Assembly (NCBI RefSeq): GCF_006345805.1
Contig: NC_043013.1
Coordinates: forward strand, 47,926,001-47,990,000
DNA from: Octopus sinensis
Taxonomy: Eukaryota
Direction of reading: 5' to 3'
DNA length: 64,000 bases
In this document: piece after piece, positions 37,294-51,905 of the stretch
Position numbering within the stretch: position 1 is the stretch's first letter
Layout: every line of letters starts with the position of its first letter
Translations under genes and position numbers: made by a program
Notes under the pieces: model-generated
What the model saw: only the letters and a program-made list of their open reading frames with translations
Database searches by the model: none
Told to the model about the DNA's origin: nothing

Positions 37294-37807
37294 TCTATCA
37301 ACTGAGATATTTCTAAGTTTCAAAGCACGCTTTCAATATCATTTTGTGCCAGTTACAGCAGGTCAATCAGTACACTTTGTGCTTTGTTTCTTTTTGTTTC
37401 CTATTTTACAATTTCCTTTCGTCCTTCACATTACTCCCGTAGTTTTCATGAAATTAGATTATTCCCAATGCTTATGTTTTGTTGCTTTTTTTTTTAATTC
37501 TTGCTTCTGTTCACCATGTAATTGGGGACTTTATTTAACATACCAAAACATCATAATTTTATTGTTAGAGCTTTGCGTGAGATTTCAACGAAAATTGACC
37601 GAAAGCACTCATCCGTAAAATGTAGACAAATCATGAAATGCAAACACCAAAAGCAATTGAGTAGAAAATTGTGCGCAGAAGAAAGGAAATTTCATCGGGC
37701 AGATTTCTGCATTTGTTTAACACCTCATCTTTTTGTATGTCCTTGACTACATTTTCCAATGCGTTCCTTTTTTGTTAAATATATAGGTTTTATTTAAGCG
37801 AGATTCG

Positions 37808-38045
37808 TGGAGGCGCGTGGCTTAGTGGTTAGAGCGTCAGCATCATGATCGTAAGATTGTGGTTTCGATTCCTGGACCGGGCAACGCGTTGTGTTCTTGA
37901 GCAAAACGTTTCATTTCACATTGCTCCAGTCCACTCAGCTGGAAAAAATGGGTAACGCTGCGATGGACTGGCGTCCCATCCCGCTGGGGAACACATACGC
38001 CATTGAAACCTGGAAACCGGGCCCATGAGCCTGGCTAGGCTTGAG
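37808..38045 (+). mobile_element. tRNA-headed SINE family E (CORE/V-domain-like body)
   Basis: ggaggcgcgtggcttagtggttagagcg...ggtttcgattcctgg, ttgtgttcttgagcaaaac and gcgatggactggcgtcccatcc. A second copy lies on the minus strand at ~56850-57005. Confidence 0.7.
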
Positions 38046-39164
38046 ATTCGGCTACTGTTATTTCTAGCAAAACAGGTGACTGAGAAAGAATGTTCTTTGT
38101 TGACTTGATGGTTGTTGTACTTATTTGTAGCGATGATGATAACAATGGTAATCCATAATGAGAAAGATATAACTAATTAATGCTTAGAGACAAGTAATAA
38201 GTTGAGCATGTTTAGCTTATAGGTTACCTGACGTTCGATCACTGCTATGGTCGAACTACATTTCATTTTCGTTATAAAATTTGTAATTCTGAAATATTGA
38301 TCTTAAAACCTAATCCAACATATTAGATTTTACATTTAACCAATTTAGAAACCACCTAAAATTTCCCTATAGTAGCTTGTGTAAAAAAAAATTAAAAAAG
38401 CAATCCACTTACGTGGTTTAACAAGGTGATAAATGGACAGAAAGGAACTAGCAGTTCTAATCTGCGATTTCACCGGTTTTGCAGAGCCTATGAAGGTTAT
38501 GACTCCAACTTCTGCCAGACAAAAAAAGAACAATAAAAAGCATTAGAATATTCCAGATCTTTAACAGTATTGTATATCTAACTGGTCTTTTTACTATATT
38601 CTTGGGTCAACACAAACCTTATTGGTAAACTAAGTAGACTGAAGCTAGTCTGATGGATTTTACATGCAATGTAAAGGTGCAGTATTGTTAGATATCGTGT
38701 CACTGAAAATTGCTAAGAGTACAGGTGTCCTTAAAATGTTCAACCAACAATTCAATTACGTTAATTCGATTGCGATTCAACTGAGTTAATCGAACAACTG
38801 AACACTCATCATCGAGTTGAACGCAGATACTGAACAGCAACGACAACCTGCAAGAAATCTCCCTCAACTAACATTCTGCTCTCTTAAATTAAGAAAGGGT
38901 GCATTGCATAATGTAACCCTAAACAATCATTTAAACTCTAGTTCGTCATAGACGGATTGTCTTTCATAAGAGATCTGCATGGTCCAAGCTGACATAGGTC
39001 TAAACAGCAACAATGTTAACATCCCGACCCCCTGGTTCTTATCAGCAATATCTCTTTTCCTCCCTATACCACCAGTATCAACATCATCATCATCAACAAC
39101 ATGTACTCCAGATCTGGTTAATAAACGTACATTTCACGGATCATTTTTATTAATCCATGAAATA

Positions 39165-40330
39165 TTGGTTTCAACTTTTGGCACAAGGCCAGCAAGTTCG
39201 GGGAAAGGGTAAGTCGGTTATATAGACCCCCCAGTGCTCCACGGAACTTAGGTAAAGTACCAGCTGAAAGGTAAAGTCGACCTCGGTGGAATTTGAAATC
39301 AGAACTTAAAGACTGACTAAATGCTGCTAAACATCTTGCCCGGCGTGCTAACAGTTCTCTCAACCCACCGCCATATTAATCTACGAAATGCTGGTTTCAA
39401 CTCTTGACACAAGGCCAGCAATTTTGAAGGAGAGAGTCAAGTCAAGTCAATTACATCAACTGGTAGTTGTTTTATCGAGCCCGGAAGAATGAAGAGTCAA
39501 GTCAATCACAACAGAGCGTGAACACAGAACGTAAAGACGGACGACATGCCTCTAAGCATTTTTCCCAGCCTTATTTATTCGTGAAATATTGTCCAGTACA
39601 ATCGTTTTCTATTCAATACGTTTCCCCATCTTTAAGGCGGCGAGCTGGCAGAAACGTTAGCACGCCGGGCGAAATGCTTAGCGGGATTTCGTCTGCCGCT
39701 ACGTTCTAAGTTCAAATTCCGCCGAGGTCGACTTTGCCTTTCATCCTTTCGGGGTCGATTAAATAAGTACCAGTTACGCACTGGGGTCGATATAATCGAC
39801 TTAATCCATTTGTCTGTCCTTGTCTGTCCTTGTCTGTCCCCTCTGTATGTAGCCCCTTGTGGGCAGTAAAGAAATAATCATTTCGTCTGTCTTTACGTTC
39901 TGAGTTCAAATTCCGCCGAGGTCGACTTTGCCTTTCATCCTTTCGAGGTCATAAATTAAGTACCAGTTGCGTACAGGGGTCGATCTAATCAACTAGCCCC
40001 CTCCCCAAATATTTCGGTCCTTGTGCCTAGAGTAGTAAAGAATACGTTTCCCCATCTTTCCTTCCTTGGACCCTTACTTGCTTTTATGAAATATCTGTCA
40101 GAGTCCTAACGTTAATTTGTCAACCTCATTACTTGACCAGCGTAAGGCGACGACCTGGCAGAATCGTTAGCACGCCGTGTAAAACGCTTAGCGGCATTTC
40201 GTCCGTTTTTACGTTCTAGGTTCAAATTCTGCTGGGATAAATTAAGTACCAGTGAAACACTGAGGTCGATGTAATCGACTAGTCCCTTCCCCCAAAAGTT
40301 CAAGCTTTGTACCCTTAGTAAAAAGGATTA
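39165..40330 (+). mobile_element. Cluster of SINE family B copies, including a dimer at 39634-40040 with a 19-bp TSD
   Basis: Repeated gtcgactttgcctttcatcctttcg domains. aatacgtttccccatcttt occurs at 39615-39633 and 40041-40059. Confidence 0.85.
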
Positions 40331-40863
40331 TTTAACCGGCATATTTTTTACTCCATTTTTTCATTTCATTTCTAAAATTCTAAAATTTGCAGATTTTATG
40401 TTCACAAGTCTATCATAACAAGATTCTCTCCAAAAAAGTTCGTTAATAATTTCAACATGGTCTAAACTCAATGGCATTTTAATTGTTTCTTAAAAACAGA
40501 TGTTAATTATGACATTCTGGCAATTAAAGCTGTCTGACAAAATGATTGCTAAAATAAAAGATTCGCTACTATTTATTAGGTCAGTGAGCCATTTTTAAAA
40601 AAAGTTTTCATGGAGATTTAAGGTTACGACTTATTTCTATGGATTCACTAATTCATACATAAAGATGTTTATAGATATGTCTGTGTGTCAGCCGAACATA
40701 TATGTGTATAATGCGTGTATATGTGTGTATGTGCATATATGAGTATATGTTTTTGTATGTGTGTATTTATGTGTTTATACAGATATATGTGTGTAGATAT
40801 ATGTATAGATGTGAGTGCTCGGGTGTACGTGCATGCGTGCGAGTGTGTTTGTGTGTGTGTGTG

Positions 40864-40924
<61 letters not shown>

Positions 40925-41048
40925 GGATGGATGGATGGATGGATGGATGGATGAATGGATGGATAGATAGATAGATAGATAGATGCATTTAGATTTATAT
41001 TTGTGTATGACATGTTCTTATATAAAATATAATGCTAACCCAGACGTG

Positions 41049-41082
<34 letters not shown>

Positions 41083-41449
41083 AGTACAATATGTTAGTTT
41101 TGTAATTACTCACATACAGAGCAGTATCAGTGTCAAGCAGTGTTTAGACACAAGCGAACTTCGGTTTAGTTGAGATATGTTTGTGGCAGATTTCAGCTTC
41201 TAAGGGCAAACTCTCTGCTGTTACCGAGGAGAAAATAATTCTCTCTTATCGTAAAATGGCGTGAAAATATCATATATGTCCAGTGCTGACCCTGTCGGAT
41301 TCCCACAAGCGTTTCTAGCTCTTCAGCCGTTATCAATTGGAAGTACCTAAGAGCATTGACTAAGTTGCGCCATTAGACCGCCTAGTCAAGAAATGTACGG
41401 ATTTAATTAAGTCTGCCCAGAGTTGCCTCTCTTCAGAATTTAAGTTCGT

Positions 41450-41830
41450 TTACAGGAAACGTTTTTGAGTATGACTATAAAACTGCGAATTCCATTATGT
41501 CGGCTACAGCCTAATGATACTAACTAGCAATAGCAGTTTTATGGGGTTTCATCGAGCCGTGCCGATATAATGTAGGATTTCCTGAATTTGGTATTTCTAA
41601 TTGCATTATATAGTTCTTCTTCGAATGGCACTAAAGCCGTGTTTGGGGCTGGATTACTGAGGAATTTGAAATTTTTCTTCAGATTTCCCCGAAATTCTGT
41701 TTGGTACTAATGCTTTCATTGGTCCTGTCAAAGAAATACTCTCTCCATCTCAATCTGCTAATGAATGCACTTATGGATTCCATCATCTGCTTCAAACGTT
41801 CCCTTTTGTTTAAAATAGGACTACCCTTCA
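41450..41830 (-). mobile_element. PLE ORF N-terminal remnant
   Basis: PILNKRERLKQMMESISAFISRLRWREYFFD resembles the PLE FI.RMRW.A.FF motif. Confidence 0.5.
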
Positions 41831-42755
41831 TTGATACATCCAAATTTATTTTTTCCATCCTGGAGCGTTCGCTTAAAGCTAGTTATGTCTTCGTATGGAT
41901 TGTACAAGTCTGATACATTCATTACGTTCGTTTACAGGAAACATTTTTGAGTATGGATATAAAAGCTCCTATTTTATTATGTCCAAAGAAAACAATTAGA
42001 CATTCGGAAGTAATTACATCAGATAAGCATAAAGGCAAGGCATCATTCCTAAAATCCGAAAAGGACATTTTGAAACAGAAAAAAACTCTAACCGTCATTA
42101 ACATATAATGGAAAAAGAGAAGGACATATCAACCCAATTAAACAAAATACTCATTATTTGCATATGCTATATGCTATACCATTATACCACCAAAAGTAAT
42201 TAAAGGACATTTTAAGAGAACATCATTTGTCAACTTATACAATGAACTTCAACAACGGAATAGCTGTACTTCCTGGCCCTGTAACATTTGAATTCACTGA
42301 GGTGGTGTCTGCTATGACCAAGGTCAAACCAATGAACTATATTACCCATCCCGACACCTGCATACACAAATATCAAAATAAGTCTAGCATCACCACACAC
42401 TTGTCCCTCTCCTTGATAATTACCGTTCCGTCTTCTCTTTCCATACCCTTCTTTCCATAACCCCCACCAAATACACACCGAACTGCCCACATATTCCAAT
42501 CAAACATTTCATTGGTGAAAATAAATGAACAACTTTCAGTTATACTCCCAACCTTAATGCCATATCGCCTGAAGAACTAAACACATGAATATGATCCACT
42601 TGATGTCTATGGATACTAGGGACTATATTGTTATAATTCTAGGAATACGGACTATGATCGTAAGAAACATGTGATTTGTGGAAACGCACGTAAACGCATT
42701 AAAATATTTATAAATTCCATCCATAGATTATTATTATATATATATATATATATAT

Positions 42756-43250
<495 letters not shown>

Positions 43251-43265
43251 TATATATATATATAT

Positions 43266-43297
<32 letters not shown>

Positions 43298-43319
43298 AGG
43301 TTGAAAAAGATTAGAGATC

Positions 43320-44011
43320 TATACAAATCAAATTTTTATGAATAAAAGATGGAGGTGGAGACAGCACAGATGTAAATTTAAGACATTTTAATTTCGAAAG
43401 AAATTAATAAAATGATTTTTAAAATTCTTTTATATATACATAGAAAATATAAAATATTACCGGTTTCTGTGATGAAATTCGTCTTATCAAATATTAATAA
43501 AAATGTGGAATTTGAAGTAAAAACTCTTTGTATTAATCTTCTGTTTCGTGGTTAGAACATGTCTGGAGTTTTTCTGTAAAGTCTTCTTTAGATATAGTGT
43601 GCGTTTGTAAATAATTTGGTATAGAGTTCAAGGTGTTAGAAAGAGGGTGGGTGTAGTTGTTTATTGTCAAAAAATCTCTGTGGGTTACTGTCGTCAGAGT
43701 CGCTTAAAAACATTTATTGAATGGGTTTTATGTCCAGCTGTGTGCAAGTGCGTGTGTGTGTGTGTGTGTGGTATTGTGTTGAATGTCCTTTTAATATGTC
43801 TGGAATCTGACCACCTGTGTGTTAATGGCTGTGTATGTTGTTATAAATGTCTTGTTAAGAATTCTATGAAGGAATTAAGGTTTTCCTTCTTTTTGGTGTG
43901 TGTGGGTTTGAATTGTAATGTTTTCTTTTTCCTGCTATGTGTGTGTGTTTGCGCATGTGTGTGTTTGCGCATGTGTGTGTGCTTGTGTATGTGTGTGTGT
44001 TTGTGTGTGCA

Positions 44012-44051
<40 letters not shown>

Positions 44052-45510
44052 TGTATATATATACACATACATAAAAAATATATGTATGTATGTATGTATC
44101 TAGAAACAACAATTAAGAATTGTTGGAAAGTATTTTCCAAATCAATAATATGAATGAATTTTTAAGTGTCTGTTCTTATATTTTGATTGATAGTAGTTGG
44201 TTCTATATTCAATTGTGGCTTATATTTGTTAATAAATTGCCTTCCTTTATTTATTTTTTGTTGTTGGTTGAATAAAATCTAAGCACTTTTAGAGGGGAAA
44301 GATTTCGAAATTGGGTAAGTCCACTCCTGCACAAGTTGCAATGTGACTGCTTAACGGAATTTTCCTCGTGTGTTTTTGTCTCGGATCGGTTGGCGATGAG
44401 CCGTCATTCTGTTGCGTAACGATCCACCCGTCTGGACTATGTAATTATGTTGGCCACCATTGCATGTAATTACGTAGATCAGGTTTTCTGTGTTGCTTGT
44501 GAAATTGGATTTAACATTGAAGGTTTGGCCATCTTTGAATTTAAATTCTGGTCCTTCAATTAGGTAAGTGCTGAAGTTTGTTCTTCCGCATTTTGTGATA
44601 GTTGGGTTGGGGGGATTCTTTGTGTCTTTTGGCTCTAATGAGAATGAGTTTTAGAAGTTTGGGCTGCTTTTTACTAATTGATGATTTGTTGTTTTTCTAA
44701 GATTCTTCTCATTTTTTCATCTGCAAATAAAATGAAAAGGTTTTTGTGGGTTTGATTAAATATTTCAGCCTTTCTGGGATTGAAGACTGACACAGATGGT
44801 AAGACATTTTCCTTCTTTTGTTTCTTTTTTCCTAAGTTCATCGATATCCGTTTGTTTTGCCTTCTTTATTCCGTTGGTGATTATGCCAGGAGGGAAGGCT
44901 CATTTTTGATAAGTGTGTCCTTCAGTTCTTCTAGTTTTTGTTCACATTTGGATGGTTCTGATACTATGGTACAAATTCGTTTTGCCAGGTTTAAGGGAAT
45001 GTTGTTTTGGGTATGTTTCGGGTGACATGATATAAAAAGAAGGTATTGTTTGGAGTCAGTGTGTTTGTAGAATATGTCCTTTTCTATTTTCCCATCTTGG
45101 TTTGTGATTAGGATATCCAGAAAGGCGAGTTCTTTGAGACTAAACTCCATTGTGAATTGGATGCTATTGCTCAGATTGTTTAACATGTTTTTAAATCCAG
45201 TTAGCTTCTCAATATTTTCCTGCCATATGATAAAGTAATCATCCAGATATCTTTTCCAATTGTTTCTTGAGTTGTGTATGAAGCGTGTCACCGAATATTA
45301 GAAGAGGTAGGCTGCAAATCTTTTATTCGCGGAATCCCATGTTTAAGTTGTCGTATGTGGGGGATACTTTCGTACCCATCGCCGTTCTTGATGTCTCGCG
45401 GTAATCCGAACCGTTGACGGTAAAGCAGCTGTTTTCAAGTACGAAGCTGAGCCCATCAATGATAAATTCTTTTTCTCTGTGTTAGAAGTTCAGATTGGTG
45501 AATGTCTAAT
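43320..45510 (-). mobile_element. 5'-truncated Penelope-like element (RT, GIY-YIG, tail)
   Basis: TAMGTKVSPTY, WKRYLDD, AFLDI and SCHPKHTQNNIP, plus NLIYVITCNGGQHNYIVQTGGSLRNRMTAHRQ. Same family type as 25801-28124. Confidence 0.85.
43453..43495 (-). ncRNA. Degenerate minimal hammerhead remnant in the PLE tail
   Basis: Minus strand reads aatat-ttgataa-ga...-gaaa-ccgg-ta-atatt, with palindromic stem III ACCGGU, a GUA triplet and stem I intact. The core is mutated. Confidence 0.35.
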
Positions 45511-45669
45511 CATTATTATAATGCAGTTATTCTATATTCATGAGGAATGTCGGTATATAAGCTGACAACATCAAATGAAATAACTAAATCTTACAATTTG
45601 CACATAAAGAAAAAACACAATATCCCACCTAAAGATAAAAATATTTTAAAAATCAAAAGTATCAATAAG

Positions 45670-46170
45670 ATTATGTTGCTCAAAGTAGCTGCTGTCATTC
45701 TCCACCAAGGCCCCATGACGGCCCTGGAACTTGGTGTAGGCGTTCCTCAAACACCTCTTCATCTTGGCAAGCTTTTTCGCCTTGGTGTTGCTGACAGAGC
45801 GGATGGTGTCTTTCTGAACCACGCCTCACACATAGTACTACATGGAATTACAATCAGGGTAATTAGGAGGTCAGAAGTTGGGGCTGGTGAGGTCGTAAAA
45901 ATTCCCCAATAATCACTTCTATCTCTTTACGGGAGTATAGTAAGGAGCCGAGTCTTGCTGCCACACGTACGGCCTTCCAGCAGTAAATGCATCCAGCCAG
46001 ATTCACATAGCCGTCAGAATTTTCTCTAATGGACTGTTCAAATATGTAGAAATGAATTCTGGTGTGGAAGGAATCAGAAGCCCTGCTGTGTCTTTCCCAG
46101 CTACCACGGCTTCATAATCTTCATTGTAGCTGTCCATGTTTCGTCTTACAGCCTTTATAGTTTTCATTGA
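45670..46170 (-). mobile_element. Tc1/mariner-superfamily transposase remnant
   Basis: GRPYVWQQDSAP and F*PPNYPDCNSM*YYV*GVVQKD correspond to the QQD.AP and WPP.SPD.NP.DY.VWG motifs, with several TGG>TGA stops. Confidence 0.8.
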
Positions 46171-46398
46171 GCATTGAGCAGTCATTGTATCGGCATTTTG
46201 ATATCCGGTGCGAACCAGTATGATGCAGGTGACTCTTTTTCAATATTCAGTTCTCCATATCAGCTAAAAGGTTCATATCTCATCTTTATGCACTCTAAGG
46301 CCGTTGAATGTACACTGATATACTCTGAGCCACTCTTGAAAAGGGGAAACAAAAAGTCGTCAAATTTAACCTTGTATGTGTGTGAGTGTGTGTGTGTG

Positions 46399-46429
<31 letters not shown>

Positions 46430-46606
46430 AGTCGTCTAAGAATCCATAAGTCAAAAAATATAGGCACCCTTACATTTGATAACAGCGTGGTATATTAATC
46501 ATAGTTTGCAGCATTAGCTATCCATTACAGCCGATCTTAACAATCCGTTTCGCATCGTTTTGATGTAACTGGACAGTTGTCTTAGTGCGCTTACAAGCGA
46601 TGTATG

Positions 46607-46679
<73 letters not shown>

Positions 46680-47119
46680 CATTTAGATTTTACTTTTGCC
46701 ATATTGCCATATTTTTTTTTCATTCCATTTATGTTTTAGTAGTTATGTTGTATGCTTCTTTTTCTGCAGGTATTTCTAACTGTTACTGCTTTTATCACAC
46801 TACCGTTATAACAGGATAGACTGGGAACTAGTTTAGACGGAAGATGTAGTGAACAATGTGGAGGCAAAAGTCAAGTTAGCATAGATATCAAAAATGTTCC
46901 TACTGAGATCAGATAGATGGAGTGATCGATCAGATGCTAAAAATACCCTGGCCTGAAGAGAATCATCTTGTGAGGTGTCTCCAAGTTAAATATTCCATTC
47001 AGAAATACTTTCTTAAGTATTCCACATGACTGCATCTTTCTGTTCGAGGAAACGGATTTCTTATTCCCAACCGTTCAGCTTCGGGCTTAGCGGATAATCT
47101 AACCATTATGGAAATGTCT

Positions 47120-47274
47120 TATAGCTTCTCTCTTTCTATCGATTTCTCTCTCTTTTTCTCTCTTTTTCTCTCTTTCTCTCTCTCTTTCTCTCTCTCTTTC
47201 TTTCTCTCTCTCTCTCGTTCTCTCTCTCTTTCTTTCTCTCTTTCTCTCTCTCTTTCTTTCTCTCTCTCTTTCTT

Positions 47275-47312
<38 letters not shown>

Positions 47313-47325
47313 ACTCTCTCTCTCT
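47120..47325. repeat. (CT)n/(CTTT) tract
   Basis: Directly visible. Confidence 0.95.
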
Positions 47326-48074
47326 AGTAATCTGCGATCCTTTCAGAACTTGCTGCACTTATTCTTCTTAGCCTTAGGTCAGCCTTGTTCCAATCTATCT
47401 TGTGTAAAAGGTTTTCCTTCTTTTGCCATCCCGTTATTTTTAGTGTTTGAACTAGATTGTCCAAAGTGTACTGCATTAATGGAGCAGGTCGGGGTTTGAA
47501 GGATATTTAGCTGTCATTTCTAGGGCACTGAATGAACACGTAGTTGTCTCTCTGGTTGTTCGTATATCAGTAAGCTTCAGATTAGTTTTGACTGAATATA
47601 CTTGTGATTAAGCATGTTCCAACCGTGACTATCCCATCCTTTTCTCAGGCTATATATATACCTACATTCACTGTATACTTCCTTTGCGTACAATGTCAAA
47701 AATGTATTTTGAGAGAGATTTGACTATGACCAGACCAAGCGGCTACGGAGAAATCCCCAGCACTGCTCTTATAAATTTTGTGACTTCAAAAAAAAAAACA
47801 AAAGAAAACAAGGAGTAAGTCATTGAGAAGAGGCAGTACATATATTCTTTCATTCTTTAATTCTTTTACCCGTTTCAGTCATTTGACTGCAGCCATATCA
47901 TATATTGTTATATACACAATAATAACGTTCTCACTCATATTATCAACATTATTCCTTTATATATAATCATTTGCCAGTGGGTGCAACAGTATTTTGTTTT
48001 GCATTGCCCATATTTTACATCCTACTTTCTGGAATATTTGTGCACTTTTAAAAACTTTTACACAATGTATGCAT

Positions 48075-48475
48075 TCTTTTACTCTTTTACTTGTTTCAGT
48101 CATTTGACTGCGGCCATGCAGGAGAACCGCCTTTAGTCGAGCAAATTGACCCAAGGACTTATTCTTTAGAAGCTTAGTACTTATTATATCGGTCTCTTTG
48201 GCCGAACCGCTAAGTTATTACGGGGACGTAAACACACCACCATCGGTTGTCAAGCGATGTTGGGGGGGGGGAGAAACACAGACACACAAACATATACACA
48301 CACACATATATACGACGGGCTTCTTTCAGTTTCCGTCTACCAGATCCACTCAAAAGGCTTTGGTCGGCCCGACAATTTAGTAGAAGAAACTTGCCCAAGG
48401 TGCCACGTAGAGGGACTGAACCCGGAGCCATGTGGTTGGGAAGCAAGCTTCTTACCACACAGACACGCCTGCGCC
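48075..48475 (-). mobile_element. SINE family A
   Basis: Tail through head (cgcctgcgcc) present. Confidence 0.9.
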
Positions 48476-48485
48476 TATATATGTG

Positions 48486-48523
<38 letters not shown>

Positions 48524-49424
48524 ATACAAATATATGTATAAACAGATGCATACTAGGATATGTGTATTTTATATGTGGATGCTTGCATGCATCGATTAAT
48601 GTGCTTGTATATTTTTATATATTTACATACACACACTGGTATTTTATGTATGTGTGAATGTGTATATATCTATATATATACACACACATACATACATATA
48701 TACACATATGCATACATATATACAAACACATTTACGCATATATAGACAGATGTACGCTCATAGGATGGTAGTGTTATATTAGCCAATTAGCGTCGCGCGC
48801 CTTCTGTCTGTTATTGATAAAGGAATTTCATTTATTAATAAGGATAGCCTTCTTAATCCTTAAATTTTCAGAATTCCATTCCTTGGCTTTGACGGTAACC
48901 ATAAAGTCGTGGTTTTGACGTATCTTCAGAATTTTTTGTTTTTATTTTTGTTTGTCTGATTTTAACCCAAGAAATATGTTTATTAATGCATCCCTTAATA
49001 TGTATATACTGTTTATAAACCGCAGTTATAACTCATGTTCTAACTCAATTATTTTATACCAAATAGTAAATTACGTAAGCCAGCAAATTTGATTAGGCAA
49101 CTGGCTATCGTGTTTTCATTGCTGCTGTTTTTATGGTCGATTCTTTCAGGAAAATGCCAATCGTATATTCAATCCTTTCTTACGAATCGCCAGGCGAACT
49201 GAATTAGATATTATTATTAACGTTCGGTTAAGGCAGAATCACTAGCAAGCCAGGTAAATTGCTTAGCGGCATTTCGTCCGTCTTTACGTTCTGAGTTCAA
49301 ACTCCGCCGAGGTCGACTTTGCCTTTAATCCTTTTGGTGTCAACGTCCGAGAGTTTCGCGCGTTGGTACTTATCACGCGTGTGCGTGTGTGTGTGTGTGT
49401 GTGTGTTTTATGTGTGTATCTTTT

Positions 49425-49656
49425 ATCTTCTACTTATTTCAGTCATTTGACTGCAGCCAACACACCAACACCGGTTATCAAATGGTGGTGGTGGCGGCGG
49501 CGGCAGCTGTGGTGGTGGTTGTGGTGGTGCTGGTGCTGGTGCTGGTGCTGGTGCTGGTGCTGGTGGTGGATGTGGTGGTGGTGGAGGAGGTGGTGATGGA
49601 GGAGGTGGTGGTGGTGGTGGTTGGGGACAAAGACAGACCTAAAGACACACACACAT

Positions 49657-49705
<49 letters not shown>

Positions 49706-49850
49706 TGCCGGTTCCGTCTGTCAATTCCACTTACTATGATTTGGCTGGCTCAAGAGTCTATAGCATAAGACACTTGCCTACGCGGTGAGACTGAACCCAG
49801 AGCCCTGTGATTGAGAGGCAAACTACTTTCCACACAGCCACGCCTGCGCC
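49425..49850 (-). mobile_element. Diverged SINE family A with a (GGT/GCTGGT)n expansion
   Basis: cttatttcagtcatttgactgcagcc and ccacacagccacgcctgcgcc. Confidence 0.7.
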
Positions 49851-50097
49851 TCTAGCTCTCTCTCTCTTCTTCTTTATATCTATATATATATAGAGAGAAT
49901 AAAGGTTCGTGAGTAAGGCCAGAACAATGCGAACTAAAAACAAGGTAAATCACAGGAAAACAAACATATGAATTAATGTAGACTTACCTTGCATTCAATA
50001 TTTTGAGGTTATGACCCTATTTTCAAGAAATTAAGGAATATTGCCGATGTGCATGTGTGTGAGCGTATGTGAAGTGGACATGCGCGGAAACGTGTTG

Positions 50098-51046
50098 CTA
50101 TGGCAACCAACTAGCTTCCTGTAACTCTCTTCTGTTGTTGATATTTGGTTTTCTTTGGTGTATGGAGTTGGCCTCAAAGATTCTAAGGTCGCCCCTGTTT
50201 CGCTGTGTAACCCTGATGTGCACTGTGAATTCCCGGGTCTGGCATTTCCGTAGATGTTTCTTCACGGAAGTGTCTACCTGCATCTGCTCCTTTATGCGTG
50301 TATATATATTTTTTCCCTCACTTAACTTGTCTCTTCCTCTCTCTCTCATTCTTCATTCTCTCTCTCCCTTTCACCATTCTTCATGGTCTCCTCGCACCAT
50401 TCCCCTTCTTCTCTCTCTTCCTCTTGCTCCTCCTCCCCCATTCCCGTCATCCATCTGCGACGATACTTCCGTCGTAACTGCTATCCTGTCTTTTCTCGCC
50501 CGCCTTGTAAGGCTTCTGGTCGACAAATTTTCCCTCTCTCGTCTTCCACGATAATCCAGCGTTTGCAATACTTTTTTCGTCTGGCGTTAACAGCCCTTCT
50601 TATCTTGTTCTCCTTGTCCTGTCTCTCACTGTTATATATTTATTTTTCCACTGTTTATATATATATATTTTTTACTGTTTATATGTTTGTACTGTCGTTA
50701 CCGTCTTGCTTTTTTTTTTACCCCTCTGCGAAAAGATCTCAGAATTTTAATTGATTTGCTTTTCGCGGGAAGGAATTTTTCTTCGAAGTATACGTCTCGC
50801 TTTTATCCTTCGAAACGTTTAGTAGATGAAATCTTAGCGACTGAAGAAGGGGATTTTTCGTTGTGCTTATTGTCCTGTATCTCTCCTTTTTTTGCTTGTC
50901 TTGTTCCTTGGTTTGTGTCTATGTGTTTCGTCTCTCTATGTGTTCGACGTCTTTTTGGTGTCCTGTACACATATATGCGTGTATATGTACATGTAGAGGT
51001 AGGTACGTACATATATGTTATATATATGCATATGTTCTATTTTATT

Positions 51047-51050
<4 letters not shown>
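50098..51050 (-). mobile_element. PLE-derived remnant (GIY-YIG C-terminus plus pLTR-like repeat)
   Basis: YTRIKEQMQVDTSVKKHLRKC...DLRIFEANSIHQRKPNINNRRE resembles the PLE RI.EH...S.V..HL..C...EA..I....P.IN motif. 50890-51050 is homologous to 63060-63240 (inverted). Confidence 0.5.
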
Positions 51051-51102
<52 letters not shown>

Positions 51103-51257
51103 AGAAATGATTTTAGCAATTTCTGAAGTTTAATCGGAATTTTTATATGCTGCCAAATGAATCTGCGCTTACACGGGGAATTTGAAAAATTATAATATAT
51201 AAGGATGAAACACATGTTATTCGGTCTCTAATTTATTTATATGTTAATGTTTTGGCG

Positions 51258-51333
51258 TATCCGCTGATGAGAACTTCGCCTTGCAAACTATTTTTATTTG
51301 CTAATTAAAGATCGAAACCTATGGTCCGGCTGT
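51258..51333 (+). ncRNA. Type I hammerhead ribozyme motif (solo)
   Basis: CUGAUGA (51264-70), stem II GAACUU/AAGAUC enclosing a GCAAA/UUUGC hairpin, GAAA (51314-17), stem III ACC-UAU-GGU, GUC triplet (51324-26), stem I CCG/CGG. Confidence 0.7.
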
Positions 51334-51494
51334 AAAACATGGTAAATGTTTTTATTTATCATTCCCTTCGAAATTGCTCTTAACTGTGGTTTGGACTTTT
51401 TGACTGTTCTTTCTAGTATGTAAGGCAACCTGTTAATGGCTTGCCTCCCTGTGTATAAATGTACACTAATTATATATATATATATATATATACA

Positions 51495-51745
51495 TACTTT
51501 TATCTTGTTTAAGTCATTAGACTTGCGGCTATGTTGGGGCATCGGCTTGAAGAACTTTTAGTCAAATGAATTTATCTTTTAATCCTGGTACTTATCCTAT
51601 TAGTCTCTTTTGCCAAACCGCTAAGTTACGGGAACGTAAACACACCAGCACAGGTTGTTAATCTGTAATGGGGACAATACACACATACATACATACATAC
51701 ATACATACATACATACATACATACATACATACATACATACATACA

Positions 51746-51781
<36 letters not shown>

Positions 51782-51905
51782 CGACGGTCTTCTTTCAGCT
51801 ACCGTCTACCAATTCCATTCACAAGACTTCTATAATAGAAACCACTTTACCCAAGGTGCTATACATGTGGTTGGGAAGCAAGCTCCTTACCCCACAGCCA
51901 CGCCT
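51495..51905 (-). mobile_element. Diverged SINE family A
   Basis: gccaaaccgctaagttacgggaacgtaaac and ccacagccacgcc. Confidence 0.7.

Noticed and set aside
50805-50855. Permuted (type II) hammerhead: ccttc-GAAA-c...gta...CUGAAGA-agggg
   Set aside because: Stem III is only 2 bp and stem I does not abut the core, so it is probably a decayed pLTR fragment.
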